Numbered from the stretch's first letter, positions 28,574-38,544 are shown. The stretch: DNA of 64,000 nucleotides from Nitrospirales bacterium (GCA_965223295.1 CBDCWC010000003.1:1024001-1088000); one strand, 5' to 3'. Translations and numbers: made by a program. Notes: generated by a model from the letters alone, not told the origin.

Positions 28574-29032
28574 ATGAAACGAATCTCTTTTTACTCTGTT
28601 CTAATCTGTATTCTCCTTTCACCAGCATTAGCCTCCGCAGGCAACCTCGAAGCCGTGCAAGCCTGCTTGTTATCCTGGAAAGATCATCCTTTTAATGGAC
28701 AAAATCCTTCTTATAGAACAGTGTCCGGGAAGTTCAAAATCTTTGGGATTGGCGAAGACATCAATGAATCAGTTGCCACTGATGACCCCGAGTTGGTCTT
28801 GATCCTGCCCAACGTCAGCGTCATGACCGGATCCAGCATGACCTTAATGAATCCCAATGGTTGGTACTGCCTGAGTTCGAAGGTCAATGTGATGTCTTCC
28901 ACGACCATCAATTTGCACTGCAATGCGCAATTGGCTTCCAGTAAAGATGGTACGACCGTCTTGGGTGGTGGGGACGATAAAGGTGTGACGGTGATGGGAA
29001 AAGCCACAATCAATCGTGTAGGATGCGAGTAA
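28574..29032 (+). CDS. Hypothetical exported protein
   Basis: Signal peptide (SPALAS), four Cys in the mature part, RBS GGAG. Confidence 0.7.
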   Translation: MKRISFYSVLICILLSPALASAGNLEAVQACLLSWKDHPFNGQNPSYRTVSGKFKIFGIGEDINESVATDDPELVLILPNVSVMTGSSMTLMNPNGWYCLSSKVNVMSSTTINLHCNAQLASSKDGTTVLGGGDDKGVTVMGKATINRVGCE

Positions 29033-29044
29033 AAATCTCAAGCA

Positions 29045-29076
29045 CTCAAACGTGCATTCAACCATGCACGTTTGAG
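29045..29076. terminator. Hairpin between convergent genes
   Basis: CTCAAACGTGCAT/ATGCACGTTTGAG perfect 13-bp stem. Confidence 0.6.
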
Positions 29077-29114
29077 ACTGAGATGATCATCTTCGATCTT
29101 GCTCTATTCCAGAG

Positions 29115-29441
29115 CTACCTACTTTGTGAGTCAGTTTCTGTGTTAATTTGATTCAACAGTGCTTCGACCGGAGTTTCCAGTTGCTTGTTCTTGTTGCAGG
29201 TTTGGCAAGCTGGGACGATATTCCCCCGAGTGCTCGTTCCACCGCGCGCTAATGGCACGAGATGATCCATCGTGAGCTGGTCGGGTCCAACTACTTGCTC
29301 ACAAAAATGGCAAATCCTTTTTTGTTTTTGGGCTGTCCACCAAGAAGACTTCCGAAGCTTTCTGGCTTTATCCCGCTCCACTTTGATATGGCGCTGGACC
29401 GTTTCGTCGTCCCCTAGGTCGTAAAAATTTTTTTTGGTCAT
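29115..29441 (-). CDS. HNH endonuclease family protein
   Basis: CHFC..TMDHLVPLARGG..NIVPACQTCNKNK. Confidence 0.9.
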   Translation of the reverse strand: MTKKNFYDLGDDETVQRHIKVERDKARKLRKSSWWTAQKQKRICHFCEQVVGPDQLTMDHLVPLARGGTSTRGNIVPACQTCNKNKQLETPVEALLNQINTETDSQSR

Positions 29442-29530
29442 AATTTAGGCTTTGGGGCTCATCGCCTCTAGGGGCAAAGGAGAATTCTACCCTTTTTGGC
29501 AGAAAGGGAACCAGAAGTTTTCACTGAGGA

Positions 29531-29618
29531 GAGCATTGAATATTATAACGCACCAGAGACAAATTTGCCCATGATGATGTGGGTTCCCCAAAGCCTTGTG
29601 GCTTTTTTCAACAGCCCC
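29531..29618 (+). repeat. Dispersed repeat, core-less copy (arm type 1)
   Basis: Arm nearly identical to 3328-3375, joined to the right end GGCTTTTTTCAACAGCCCC. Confidence 0.8.
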
Positions 29619-29628
29619 TTGAAGAAAT

Positions 29629-30429
29629 TTAGTCGAGGGCAAGGGTGAGGCATTTCGCGGAGCCTCCTGCTTTAAGAAATTCGTCCAGTTCAACAGGGTG
29701 AGGTTGATACCCTTTATTGGATAGTAAATTCATCGTCACCGGGCATCCGGTGGGAAGGACGACATGGCGATTGACACATACGGCGTTGCAGGCAAATCGT
29801 CTAGCCTCTTCCGGAGGAATAGCTAAGCGTTGAGAAGGCTGAATGCGGGATTCAATGACTTGTCGAGCATAAGAATCAAAGGCTTCTGGAAAATAAAGCA
29901 GTTCTCCCCCGCTTAATGGGCAAAAGCAGGTGTCCAGATGGTAAAACCGTTGGTCAATGAGTTCTAATGGAAGAATCTCTTTGCGAAAAATTTCGGTTAA
30001 ACGATCATAGGCTCCAATGTCGCTGCGCTGCCGGTATCCGGCGAACCAGACATCTTTAAAACCCAGGAGATCCCCGGCTCCCTCAAAGTAAAATGCGGAA
30101 TCCAAGGCAATCACTTCGTAGCCCTGCCTGGCAAACCAGTCGATGAAATACTCTTCTTCCCGTTGACGTTCGGTATGCCGAAAACGGCTAGGGACGGCTT
30201 TCCCATCCCAGATGACTCCGGCGTTGGCGGTAAACACCAAATCTGGCAATCCCTTGACTGGGTCCATGAGTTCAATCTTTGCCCCGACGTCTTCTTCCAA
30301 TACTTTTTTGAGCATGTGCCACTGGTTTTGTGCGAAGGTAGAGTTGGAATTATTAGATAGTCGCATCCAAGGATTAATTTCATACTCAATTCCAAAATAA
30401 TCCGGGGGGCACATTAACAGGCGGCTCAT
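29629..30429 (-). CDS. Amidinotransferase/DDAH-fold protein (ArgZ N-terminal dihydrolase-like)
   Basis: MCPPDYF..YEINPWM, LPDLVFTANAG, FEGAGD, FYHLDTCF, GGSAKCLTL (catalytic Cys). Confidence 0.85.
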   Translation of the reverse strand: MSRLLMCPPDYFGIEYEINPWMRLSNNSNSTFAQNQWHMLKKVLEEDVGAKIELMDPVKGLPDLVFTANAGVIWDGKAVPSRFRHTERQREEEYFIDWFARQGYEVIALDSAFYFEGAGDLLGFKDVWFAGYRQRSDIGAYDRLTEIFRKEILPLELIDQRFYHLDTCFCPLSGGELLYFPEAFDSYARQVIESRIQPSQRLAIPPEEARRFACNAVCVNRHVVLPTGCPVTMNLLSNKGYQPHPVELDEFLKAGGSAKCLTLALD

Positions 30430-30433
30430 TACC

Positions 30434-31672
30434 TTATCCCTGCCATCCCAATTCATGTGCAAGTTCGCGTAGGAAAGATGAAGAGTCCATGACGAGTCCA
30501 ACGGCCTGAAAACTGCCACGATCACTGAGTTTCGTCGGCACGGCAGGGTTAATGTCTACACATACTGTCGGCACGGTCGCTGGTAACAAGTTGCCGGTAG
30601 CTACGGCATGCAGGGTAGACGCGACGAGCAAGGCCAGATCGACACCAGGGAGAGCGGCGCGCATCGCCTTCTGTGCTTCAATGGAATCGGTGATGACATT
30701 GGGTAGAGGTCCGTCATCACGAATCGTGCCAGCCAACACCATGTTGACCTTTTGTTGTACACAAGCTGCGACTATCCCATCGGTGATGACGCCTTGTTCA
30801 ACCGCTGCTCGGATACTGCCTATTGCTCGAATTTTGTTGATCGTGCGCAGATGATGTTCATGGCCGTGAGGAACCGATCGTCCAGCTCCTAAATTGTAGC
30901 CGAGGGACGTGCCATACAGGTTGGCTTCCATATCATGGGCTGCCAGGGCGTTTCCACAAAAAAGCACGTGAATGTAGCCTTCTTGAATGATCCAAGCTAA
31001 CGCCTCTCGGCCGCCAGCATGAACGATAGCTGGTCCTCCTGCAAATAGCACTTTGGGGGGTTCCTGGTTTCGCAACCGGCGTTCCCTAATCATTTGCATT
31101 CGCCTCGCGACATCTCCTATCACATGACGATAGGGTCGTTCAGACGAGACTTGGGCTTCCATGAAACCGAACACATCACGTTCCGCAGGACGTTCCAGAG
31201 GGAACACGCGAATGCCATCTCTACCCACCACCACGAGATCTCCTTTCTTAACCGACCCCATTGGGACCATCCTGGCAGATAGTGGTGCGGAGTTCACGAC
31301 AATGGCAAGGTCCATTTCGGTTTGATGCACATCAAGCCAGGAGCCTTGATATCGGATTTGTGTGGGGAGATGGGAGGTAGCATAAAAATTTTCGGGCAAT
31401 ACCCCATTAGCAGGGGCCGGAGTGAGAGCACAGTCCTGTTCATTTTCAACGATGGCTCCATGCGGCTGGATGGCTTCCAAAATTTCTTGCAAAAGCTGCG
31501 TGTTTGCTACTTCAATGCAGATTTTCGCTTCGGAAAGATCTTCCCGATTAGTCCCGACTTTCACATTGTTCAGAGTAAAAGTCCCTCCCAACATCACAAT
31601 AGTGTCCAAGACTTTGGCGAGAATCAGTGAGTCGATGATATGTCCCTGAAGGGTAACGGTTTGGGAAACCAT
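30434..31672 (-). CDS. TIGR00300/LOR-SDH family protein (ornithine cyclodeaminase-like)
   Basis: GHIIDSLIL, FGFM..VSSE, GNALAAHD, AGTIRDDGPLP, TLHAVATGN, KLSDRGS. Confidence 0.88.
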   Translation of the reverse strand: MVSQTVTLQGHIIDSLILAKVLDTIVMLGGTFTLNNVKVGTNREDLSEAKICIEVANTQLLQEILEAIQPHGAIVENEQDCALTPAPANGVLPENFYATSHLPTQIRYQGSWLDVHQTEMDLAIVVNSAPLSARMVPMGSVKKGDLVVVGRDGIRVFPLERPAERDVFGFMEAQVSSERPYRHVIGDVARRMQMIRERRLRNQEPPKVLFAGGPAIVHAGGREALAWIIQEGYIHVLFCGNALAAHDMEANLYGTSLGYNLGAGRSVPHGHEHHLRTINKIRAIGSIRAAVEQGVITDGIVAACVQQKVNMVLAGTIRDDGPLPNVITDSIEAQKAMRAALPGVDLALLVASTLHAVATGNLLPATVPTVCVDINPAVPTKLSDRGSFQAVGLVMDSSSFLRELAHELGWQG

Positions 31673-31721
31673 GTTTGTATTGTATCACTTATCTCTGTTA
31701 ATGCCTCTCAAGAAAGAAGGT

Positions 31722-31911
31722 GGGTCTGTTGAAAAAAGCCGTCAGCGGTGTTCTCGCCATTTTTCCGTGCTCACGTAGGACCAGTACGCTCCGCGCGGGA
31801 AAATAGCTCCGGCCTTGCTGAACGGACTTTTTTGAACCGACCCGAAGCTCTCATGGTCAACGGGTCCCTACAGAAATATGGCCCCCGATATCTTCAGTAT
31901 TCAACAACCCC
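31722..31911 (-). repeat. Dispersed repeat, full copy (arm type 2)
   Basis: Reverse-complement homolog of 24393-24584. Confidence 0.85.
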
Positions 31912-31933
31912 AAGGTGGATTCAAAAGCGATAT

Positions 31934-31967
31934 CGACCAATGATATACTGCGACCAATGATATACTG
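31934..31967 (+). repeat. Perfect 17-bp tandem duplication containing an extended -10-like motif
   Basis: CGACCAATGATATACTG x2. Confidence 0.85.
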
Positions 31968-31993
31968 AGGGAGTGTTTTGGGGCAGAGTAAAA

Positions 31994-32632
31994 ATGAATA
32001 TTCAAACACACGAGATTGTAAGACTGCTATTTTCAGGTGTGATCATCATCGGCTTACTTGGGGTTGAAGGGAAGTTTGCGCATGCAGCACCTGGCACGGA
32101 AGTCTTTCAGGGATTTACTCAACACATCAGTGCGCAAATTGGCAAAGATAAGTCAGCATTTGCTGAGGCTGATACCTGTACCGCCTGGTTTTATAAACAT
32201 TCCAAGAAGAAGCGCCCGCCCGTTCCTGAGGCAGAAAAAATCCGTTTTGTGCCCATGGCTCAATCAGATCCTGATGCCGATTGTGCGAAGCGATATCCCA
32301 AGGGTTTGGAATCTGCACGAGAGGCTTTTGGCAATACTCAGCAACGATTATCGTTTAGCCTGACGTTTTTTCAGATGGCGCTTGTGAGCGATGGTGATGA
32401 TGACCATGCCTACAGCAATCAAGAAATGCAGGATGTCTTAGATGCATTTGGCCGCACCTATCGTAGCGGGCAATCGGTTGATCAATATGTGAGCCAACTG
32501 ATTGGACTATTTGATCACAATAGACTAGAGATGCAATTTCCGGTGTTGATGACCAGCATGCAGACTCTCATGAATAAAGGCTATCGCTTTACTAAGGCCG
32601 ATCAAACGGCGTTGAATCAGGAGCTAGAATAA
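31994..32632 (+). CDS. Hypothetical exported protein
   Basis: Signal peptide (FAHA), EF-hand-like DGDDDHAYS..E loop. Confidence 0.65.
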   Translation: MNIQTHEIVRLLFSGVIIIGLLGVEGKFAHAAPGTEVFQGFTQHISAQIGKDKSAFAEADTCTAWFYKHSKKKRPPVPEAEKIRFVPMAQSDPDADCAKRYPKGLESAREAFGNTQQRLSFSLTFFQMALVSDGDDDHAYSNQEMQDVLDAFGRTYRSGQSVDQYVSQLIGLFDHNRLEMQFPVLMTSMQTLMNKGYRFTKADQTALNQELE

Positions 32633-32637
32633 CATCA

Positions 32638-32750
32638 AGTAAAACGTGAGAAGGAAAAAGTAAGAAGGGAATGTAAGGATCAAGACGGAAATGGATCAAA
32701 AACGTTTGTTCTCTCTGGCTTTTCACATTTTACTTTTGACTTCTTACTTT
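32638..32750. repeat. Inverted arrays of degenerate heptamers
   Basis: AAGTAAA/ACGTGAG/AAGTAAG... facing TTTTCAC/ATTTTAC/TTTTGAC/TTCTTAC. Confidence 0.6.
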
Positions 32751-33403
32751 ATCCGTTCCAGCGCTTCACGTGAGCGGCTTCGGACGGTTTGATCCCAGTC
32801 TTCTTTCATTTTTTCTTCCAGCTTTTCCTTGGCTTCGTGAGCTCGCATTCGTCCTAAGGCCAACGCGGCACAGGCCCTCACATGCGCATGATCATCCTCT
32901 AAGAAATGAATGAGTAACGGAATAGATTCACGATGCTTGAGAATGCCCAAGTAGCTGACAGCCATTCCTCGAACACGATGTTGCTTATCCCCTAGGGCAG
33001 TCTTCGTCGTCCAAGTAAAGAGTTTCGCCATAGGCTCAGCGATGGTTTCTAATCCTTCAGCTTCGAACTGATTCACTTCAACAAGTGTAAAGGCAAGATC
33101 ACGCTGTTTTTGTGGAGATGGTTCTTTTTGAAATCGTTGGATCAGGCGGTCGCGAAGCTGGAGCCGGTCCTGACGGGTGCGCCATTTTCGCCAAATGACG
33201 AATACACCGATACTCAGGACGGTGACCACTCCGATGATCGGGATGATCTCGTCAACGATATAATCCTGCGTATCAAAGTTAAGATGATTCCAGACCCAAA
33301 TGCCTGCTACGATCAGACCAAGCCCCAGCAATCCGACGAAGGGATTGATTGCGCGACTGGTTTCTCCTGGCTGGGTTTGGGTCCGGCTCGGCATCAATTT
33401 CAA
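32744..33403 (-). CDS. Membrane-anchored HEAT-repeat protein
   Basis: Two TM segments, then HEAT repeats (VRACAALALG, VRSRSREAL). Confidence 0.8.
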   Translation of the reverse strand: MKLMPSRTQTQPGETSRAINPFVGLLGLGLIVAGIWVWNHLNFDTQDYIVDEIIPIIGVVTVLSIGVFVIWRKWRTRQDRLQLRDRLIQRFQKEPSPQKQRDLAFTLVEVNQFEAEGLETIAEPMAKLFTWTTKTALGDKQHRVRGMAVSYLGILKHRESIPLLIHFLEDDHAHVRACAALALGRMRAHEAKEKLEEKMKEDWDQTVRSRSREALERIK

Positions 33404-33437
33404 TGGACAAGTATCAATTTTGTTCTTATATTCAGCA

Positions 33438-33475
33438 CCCCGTCGCCCTCGCAGGGAGAGGGTTGGGGTGAGGGT
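33438..33475. repeat. REP-like element CCC..CCCTCGCAGGGAGAGGG..GGGTGAGGG
   Basis: Hairpin; similar to 5001-5056. Confidence 0.6.
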
Positions 33476-33534
33476 GAAGACGGTAAGTCAACATTAACAA
33501 GTGGGTGTGCCTGTACCATAATTCGACTATTCCC

Positions 33535-34308
33535 ATGAAAATAACCATCCTAGGTTCTGGAACCAATCTTCACCCGACTCGGGCGGCCGCCGGCTATCTC
33601 ATCCAGACAGATCGGCCCATTCTACTGGATTTTGGACCGCGAACACTCTCTAATTTACTCAAAACCGGTGCCGACCGCCATACGATTCAATACTTACTTT
33701 TTACCCATTACCATGCGGATCATTTCTCAGATTTTCTACCATTCTTCTTTGATGCCATCTGCCATTCTATGTTCTCAGTGGTTCGGCCAACCCTCACGAT
33801 TTATGGTCCTCCAGGAACCAAACGGCTTTTCCGGATGATGTTCCGAACGTTCCCTAACTTTTCGGACCCACCATTTCGGGTAACTCTTAAGGAGGTGAAA
33901 GATCAGCCCTTTGTGATTGGCGGCACTCAAGTAACACCACTACCAATGACGCATTCGGATAACCAGACCTGTTTAGGATACCGTCTTGAGTATCAGAAGC
34001 GGTCTGCAGCCTTTTCGGGGGATGCGATGGCTTCTTCGAACTTGGTCAGCCTTTGCCGACATGCGGATGTGGCTATTCTGGATTGTTCTTTTTCGTCACA
34101 TCAGCCAGGTGGCTCGCATATGCATGCCGAAGAATGCGGAAAAGTGGCAAACAAAGCCAAAGCAAAAAAACTAATCCTTTCCCATTTTTACCAAACCGCA
34201 GACCATTCCAATGTCGTAGCCCAAGCCCGCCAACATTTTTCAGGACCCATCGTGAAAGGAAAAGATCTTCTGACCTTAAAAGTTGGAAAGGCACCCAAGG
34301 TGATCTAA
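33535..34308 (+). CDS. MBL-fold metallo-hydrolase (RNase Z-like)
   Basis: ITILGSG, THYHADH, SGD, SHM, LSHFY. Confidence 0.88.
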   Translation: MKITILGSGTNLHPTRAAAGYLIQTDRPILLDFGPRTLSNLLKTGADRHTIQYLLFTHYHADHFSDFLPFFFDAICHSMFSVVRPTLTIYGPPGTKRLFRMMFRTFPNFSDPPFRVTLKEVKDQPFVIGGTQVTPLPMTHSDNQTCLGYRLEYQKRSAAFSGDAMASSNLVSLCRHADVAILDCSFSSHQPGGSHMHAEECGKVANKAKAKKLILSHFYQTADHSNVVAQARQHFSGPIVKGKDLLTLKVGKAPKVI

Positions 34309-34319
34309 TCTTTATGATC

Positions 34320-34506
34320 TACCGCCTGCAGGTCGGCCAAGCGGGCTGACGCTCAAACCCATGGGCAGACCTTGTTTGAGCCAGGCGAGTTGGGCCGCTC
34401 CCCCGTTACCTGCGGTGGAACGATTTAATATGCCGACTTGGGTGGGAATGGTTTTGGGTCTTTTTGCCGAAATAAAAGGGCCTCGGATGCCGGGCCGAGT
34501 ACCGGC
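34320..34506. other. GC-rich structured non-coding element
   Basis: Several stems: GCTCAAAC/GTTTGAGC, ACCGC..CAGGT/ACCTGCGGT, GGTCTTTT/AAAAGGGCC, GCCGG/CCGGC. Confidence 0.5.
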
Positions 34507-34641
34507 TCTTCCAAGCACCAAGGTCAATCCACAGTATATGGCGTAGAATAAAAATGCAGGCGGACACAAGCTTCAATAATAGACCAGCCGATTCTTTGAC
34601 CCAATCATGATTGGAGTAATGCTACTCCCACTAGGAATTGA

Positions 34642-34857
34642 ATGTCGGTGACAACCTTTTGGCAGCAGTACAAATTCCGAATTCTTGGAGCCACTTTTGG
34701 CATTCTGTTCCACTTATCGGCTATCGATTTGATATTCATAGCCGAGAGGATTGTCCTTTTAATTCTTGTTATTGTGGATTTTCCTATAACCCTTCTTTTG
34801 TTTCACGTCGACTGGCTGGGAATTCAGGTGTGGGAAAATGTTGTGAGGGTTAATTGA
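34642..34857 (+). CDS. Small membrane protein, possibly frameshifted
   Basis: Hydrophobic ORF; a +1 frame continues with another hydrophobic segment (DFIGGTFMYAVLGWFMG). Confidence 0.35.
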   Translation: MSVTTFWQQYKFRILGATFGILFHLSAIDLIFIAERIVLLILVIVDFPITLLLFHVDWLGIQVWENVVRVN

Positions 34858-35083
34858 CTTCATCGGTGGAACTTTCATGTATGCCGTATTGGGATGGTTC
34901 ATGGGACCTTTTCTTGAAAGACAAGCCCTTCTTTACGGGTTTGCCAGCTATGATTCAAATGATCGCTAGGCTTAGAAGACTCAAAAGAATTGGAGCAATA
35001 GAGGGGAACGCTTTTTGCGGAGATTTTCGTGGTTGGTGTGAGTTAAGCTATAGCGAGAACTAGTGGGGTAATTCATAGTCGGG

Positions 35084-35932
35084 TTACTGGTTTTCCAGCA
35101 ACTCAAGGAATGCTCGGACCCGACGGGCTATTGGTTCTTCAGGATCTTGCTCATAAATACCCAACAGATTTCTGAGCAGGCGGGCTAAGATAGTTGGGGT
35201 TGAGCTCTTTTCTAGAAATTTTTGGTCATAGGCCAATCCGGAAGCCGTAATAAATTTTTCACAGTCTTGCTCTCGAAGAATTGTGCCGCCATTGAAACAA
35301 TCCACGAATTGGGGCGGTGTCTCCTCTTCGAGCTTGACCAGAAAATGTCCAGGCATTCCTATGCCTGCAAGTGGCAGGTCCAACCGATTTCCCACAAAAA
35401 CATACAATGCGGATAAGCTAATGGGAATGCCTTGGCGTGTGTCTAGCACCCGGTTTATATAGCTATTATCAGGATCGTAGTATTCCTCACGATTCCCCGA
35501 AAAACCTTTATCTTTAAACAGAAAACTGCTGAGCAGGCGGGCGGCTTTTCCTGATGGGTATTCAGAGGTAAGCCATTTCGTCCGGAATTCTTCGGCCAAT
35601 TGATCGAGATATGTGACATAGTGAGAAATATCCAGGTCGGGATAGGCTAACTTAGCGATAAGAAAGGCTCCATGTTCCCAATCTCCTCGGCGGGCGTTCT
35701 GAGAGACGAACTTTTTGAATTCATCATGTAATTGTCCAAAGCGAATTTCTCTTTTGATTGCCATCACTCGTGGTTGTAACTTGGCATCGTCTATTTCAGC
35801 CTTTTCAAGAAAAGGGAGGACATCGGACCCAAGATGTGCGAGCTGATCTTGAATGGTCTTCGCGACCTGTTCGTTAGGATCGGACAGTAAGCGAAGGAGT
35901 GCCTGGATTGTGCTAGCGGGAGGAAGGCTCAC
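35084..35932 (-). CDS. SirB1/transglutaminase-like protein
   Basis: GFSGNREEYYDPDNSYINRVL..RQGIPISLS, GMPGHFLV, VDCFNGG, ILARLLRNL. Confidence 0.88.
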   Translation of the reverse strand: MSLPPASTIQALLRLLSDPNEQVAKTIQDQLAHLGSDVLPFLEKAEIDDAKLQPRVMAIKREIRFGQLHDEFKKFVSQNARRGDWEHGAFLIAKLAYPDLDISHYVTYLDQLAEEFRTKWLTSEYPSGKAARLLSSFLFKDKGFSGNREEYYDPDNSYINRVLDTRQGIPISLSALYVFVGNRLDLPLAGIGMPGHFLVKLEEETPPQFVDCFNGGTILREQDCEKFITASGLAYDQKFLEKSSTPTILARLLRNLLGIYEQDPEEPIARRVRAFLELLENQ

Positions 35933-36013
35933 AATGTTGATATCGGATGGGGAAGGCGACTCTTTAGAAGGTATCCGAGGAGCTTTTCTTACTCTTTATT
36001 ATTGAATACAGAA

Positions 36014-36793
36014 CTAACCAACGGATCGTTTAAAGGCTTTAGCTCCGCCATAGAGGCATAAGGCGTCAAAAGCCGCCAGAACCACGAGTGCAATGCCCAC
36101 TTGGGGAAGCGCTTGGCCCCACCCCGAAATAATGAGTGGGCGGACGGCATCAATGACCCAGGTCATAGGATTAAAGAACGCCAAGACCTGCATCCAACCT
36201 GGCATCGCTGTTAATGGCACTAAGGCCGAACTCAGGAAAATCATAGGCAACGAAAGAAAGCCCAATACCGAAAAAAAATCTCCATGACTTTTGACGGAAA
36301 AGGCCATTGCCATTGAAATGGCGGTTAACCCAATGCCAAACAACATCCCGATAATAAGGATGACCGCGATACCCAGAATGCCTGTTTCTGCGGTGACACC
36401 AAAGAGAAACGCTACTCCGAGAATGACCAAAATTTGCATGCCGGTAATTGCCATCACAAAGAGAAAGCGGCTGAGAATGACTGATGAGCGTTTGATTGGC
36501 GTGGCCATCAGGCGTTCGAGAAATCCGTTTTCTTTATCAAACAACAAATCGACTCCACCGGCCAAGCCATTATTAAGCACGGTCATCACCACGACGCCTG
36601 CGGCTAGAAAACTCATATAGTTGGGGGCCTGGACAACCTGGACGTCGGCTGCTCGCTGGAACAAATTGCCGAAAAAAATCAGCCAAAAGAGCATGGGCTG
36701 AATCAACGTAAACAGCATACTGAATTTTTCTCGACTCAGCCGTTTGACCCATCGGTTGGTCAGGGCAAGAACTTCTTGTATTTGTTCATTCAT
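36014..36793 (-). CDS. ABC-2 type permease
   Basis: About six TM segments, DKENGFLERLMATP, NPMTWVIDA. Confidence 0.9.
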   Translation of the reverse strand: MNEQIQEVLALTNRWVKRLSREKFSMLFTLIQPMLFWLIFFGNLFQRAADVQVVQAPNYMSFLAAGVVVMTVLNNGLAGGVDLLFDKENGFLERLMATPIKRSSVILSRFLFVMAITGMQILVILGVAFLFGVTAETGILGIAVILIIGMLFGIGLTAISMAMAFSVKSHGDFFSVLGFLSLPMIFLSSALVPLTAMPGWMQVLAFFNPMTWVIDAVRPLIISGWGQALPQVGIALVVLAAFDALCLYGGAKAFKRSVG

Positions 36794-36833
36794 AGCGAAA
36801 TTGTTCCAAAAGCGAGTAAATTTTATTAGAAAG

Positions 36834-37811
36834 TTATGCTGCAGTCGGGGCAGGAGGTTCGTCTTTCAGTGAGCGTCCGGTATGCGCCACAAAAACGTCG
36901 TCCAAACGAGGGCGATGGTATTCAATACCATCTAACCGACAACCTGCAATAGTGTTGGTTTTTTCCATGATGATTGGCAGCGCTTTTTCCGGACCATCCA
37001 CCCGAATATCTAATCCATTTTCTCTTGGACGAATGGCTCGGACGAAAGGTAACGATTCCAGGGCTTTCGTCAACTGTTCTAAGGCTTCAGGGGTTGCTTC
37101 GCTGAGCGACAGCCAGACTCCATCGCCTCCCAGACTGGCCTTGAGGTCTTTGGGTGATCCCGTTGCCCGCACTTCTCCCTTATCAATGATGGCAATTCGA
37201 TCACAAAGTTGGTCAGCCTCGTCCAAATAATTTGTGGTCATGACGATGGTGATGCCCTGCTGCTTGAGTTGTCGGATATGATCCCAAATATTCATACGGC
37301 TTTGGACATCAAGACCGAGCGTGGGCTCATCCAGAAAAAGGATCTTGGGATTTGGCAATAATCCGCAGGCAATGTCCAGTTTGCGCTTCATCCCGCCCGA
37401 GTATCCTTTAGCAACTCGATCCGCATGTTCCTCCAAGCTCACCAATTGTAAGAGCTGCGTAATGCGCGAAGTGGCCTCGTCTTTTTTTAAATGATATAGA
37501 TCGGCTAACAACTGAAGATGTTCACGACCTGTCAGAAATCGATCAATAGCCCGTTCCTGCGGGACATACCCAATGAGCCGGCGTACGGTATCGGCTTCTT
37601 TGACAACATCGTGCCCAAGGATAGTTGCGATTCCGGTGGTTGGGCTGAGGGTGGTGATCAGAATTCTGAGCGTCGTACTTTTTCCGGCTCCATTCGGCCC
37701 TAATAGCCCAAAAATTTCACCATGCTGAATGCTCAAGGAAAGATTTTTAACGGCTTCGACGGCATCATAGACCTTGCCAAGGTTGGAGACTTCAATGGCG
37801 ACAGCAGACAT
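36834..37811 (-). CDS. ABC transporter ATP-binding protein (DrrA-like)
   Basis: GPNGAGKST, YSGGMKRKL, FLDEPTLGLD. Confidence 0.93.
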   Translation of the reverse strand: MSAVAIEVSNLGKVYDAVEAVKNLSLSIQHGEIFGLLGPNGAGKSTTLRILITTLSPTTGIATILGHDVVKEADTVRRLIGYVPQERAIDRFLTGREHLQLLADLYHLKKDEATSRITQLLQLVSLEEHADRVAKGYSGGMKRKLDIACGLLPNPKILFLDEPTLGLDVQSRMNIWDHIRQLKQQGITIVMTTNYLDEADQLCDRIAIIDKGEVRATGSPKDLKASLGGDGVWLSLSEATPEALEQLTKALESLPFVRAIRPRENGLDIRVDGPEKALPIIMEKTNTIAGCRLDGIEYHRPRLDDVFVAHTGRSLKDEPPAPTAA

Positions 37812-37818
37812 CGTGTTG

Positions 37819-38544
37819 TTAGCCCTGTGTTTGGAGATCCGCAATCTTGAAACGGATAAGATCGATCAGACGGCGTGCTTGCTGTGCAAGGTTATCGGAC
37901 TCGAGCAAGAACTGTTTTTCCAGAGGAGACAAATCAAGGCCAGCCGACAGATTGTGCACCAGAATAGGATCTGTGAGTGTTGAGGAGCTAATGATCTCAC
38001 AAAGTTCATTGGCTTTCTTGGAGGTGAGATATTCCTGCGCTGTCATTTCCAGATGACGGCGGACGTCCGAAGTTAAGGACAGAGAAGCTTCTGGTCTATG
38101 TGGAGTGATCTTAGCTTGTCGGTAATTCGTTATGACGGTCTGTTCTTCATATGTACATCGATAGAGACCTTGCAACACAATATTGTATCGCCCATCGGAC
38201 AGCTTGTGTGAGCTAATGATTCGGCCAACGCATCCAATGGAATAAATCGGTGGCGCCTCGTCATATTGGTCTTCCCACCCATCTTTCAAAAGTGCCATGC
38301 CAATGCACTGCGCATTGGCGCTAGCTTCTTGCACCATTTCCCGGTAACGGGGCTCAAAAATATGAAGCGGTAGATAGGTATGAGGGAAAAAGACAACCGT
38401 TGGTAGCGGAAAGATCGGAACAATATCCGGTACAGGAAAAGCTTCCGGTTCCACTGAAGAAAAATGCAACGACATGCGGTACGATAGCCGAGGATTTTCT
38501 TGAAAGTCAACGTAATCTTCTAACATACGCCTAATGGACAACAT
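37819..38544 (-). CDS. LON peptidase substrate-binding domain protein
   Basis: PIFPLPTVVFFP..LPLHIFEPRYREM, DGRYNIVLQG; no protease domain; start uncertain. Confidence 0.85.
   Translation of the reverse strand: MLSIRRMLEDYVDFQENPRLSYRMSLHFSSVEPEAFPVPDIVPIFPLPTVVFFPHTYLPLHIFEPRYREMVQEASANAQCIGMALLKDGWEDQYDEAPPIYSIGCVGRIISSHKLSDGRYNIVLQGLYRCTYEEQTVITNYRQAKITPHRPEASLSLTSDVRRHLEMTAQEYLTSKKANELCEIISSSTLTDPILVHNLSAGLDLSPLEKQFLLESDNLAQQARRLIDLIRFKIADLQTQG

Noticed and set aside
29115-29441. HNH protein as a defence system or homing element
   Set aside because: Small stand-alone HNH with no methylase, intron or partner genes adjacent.
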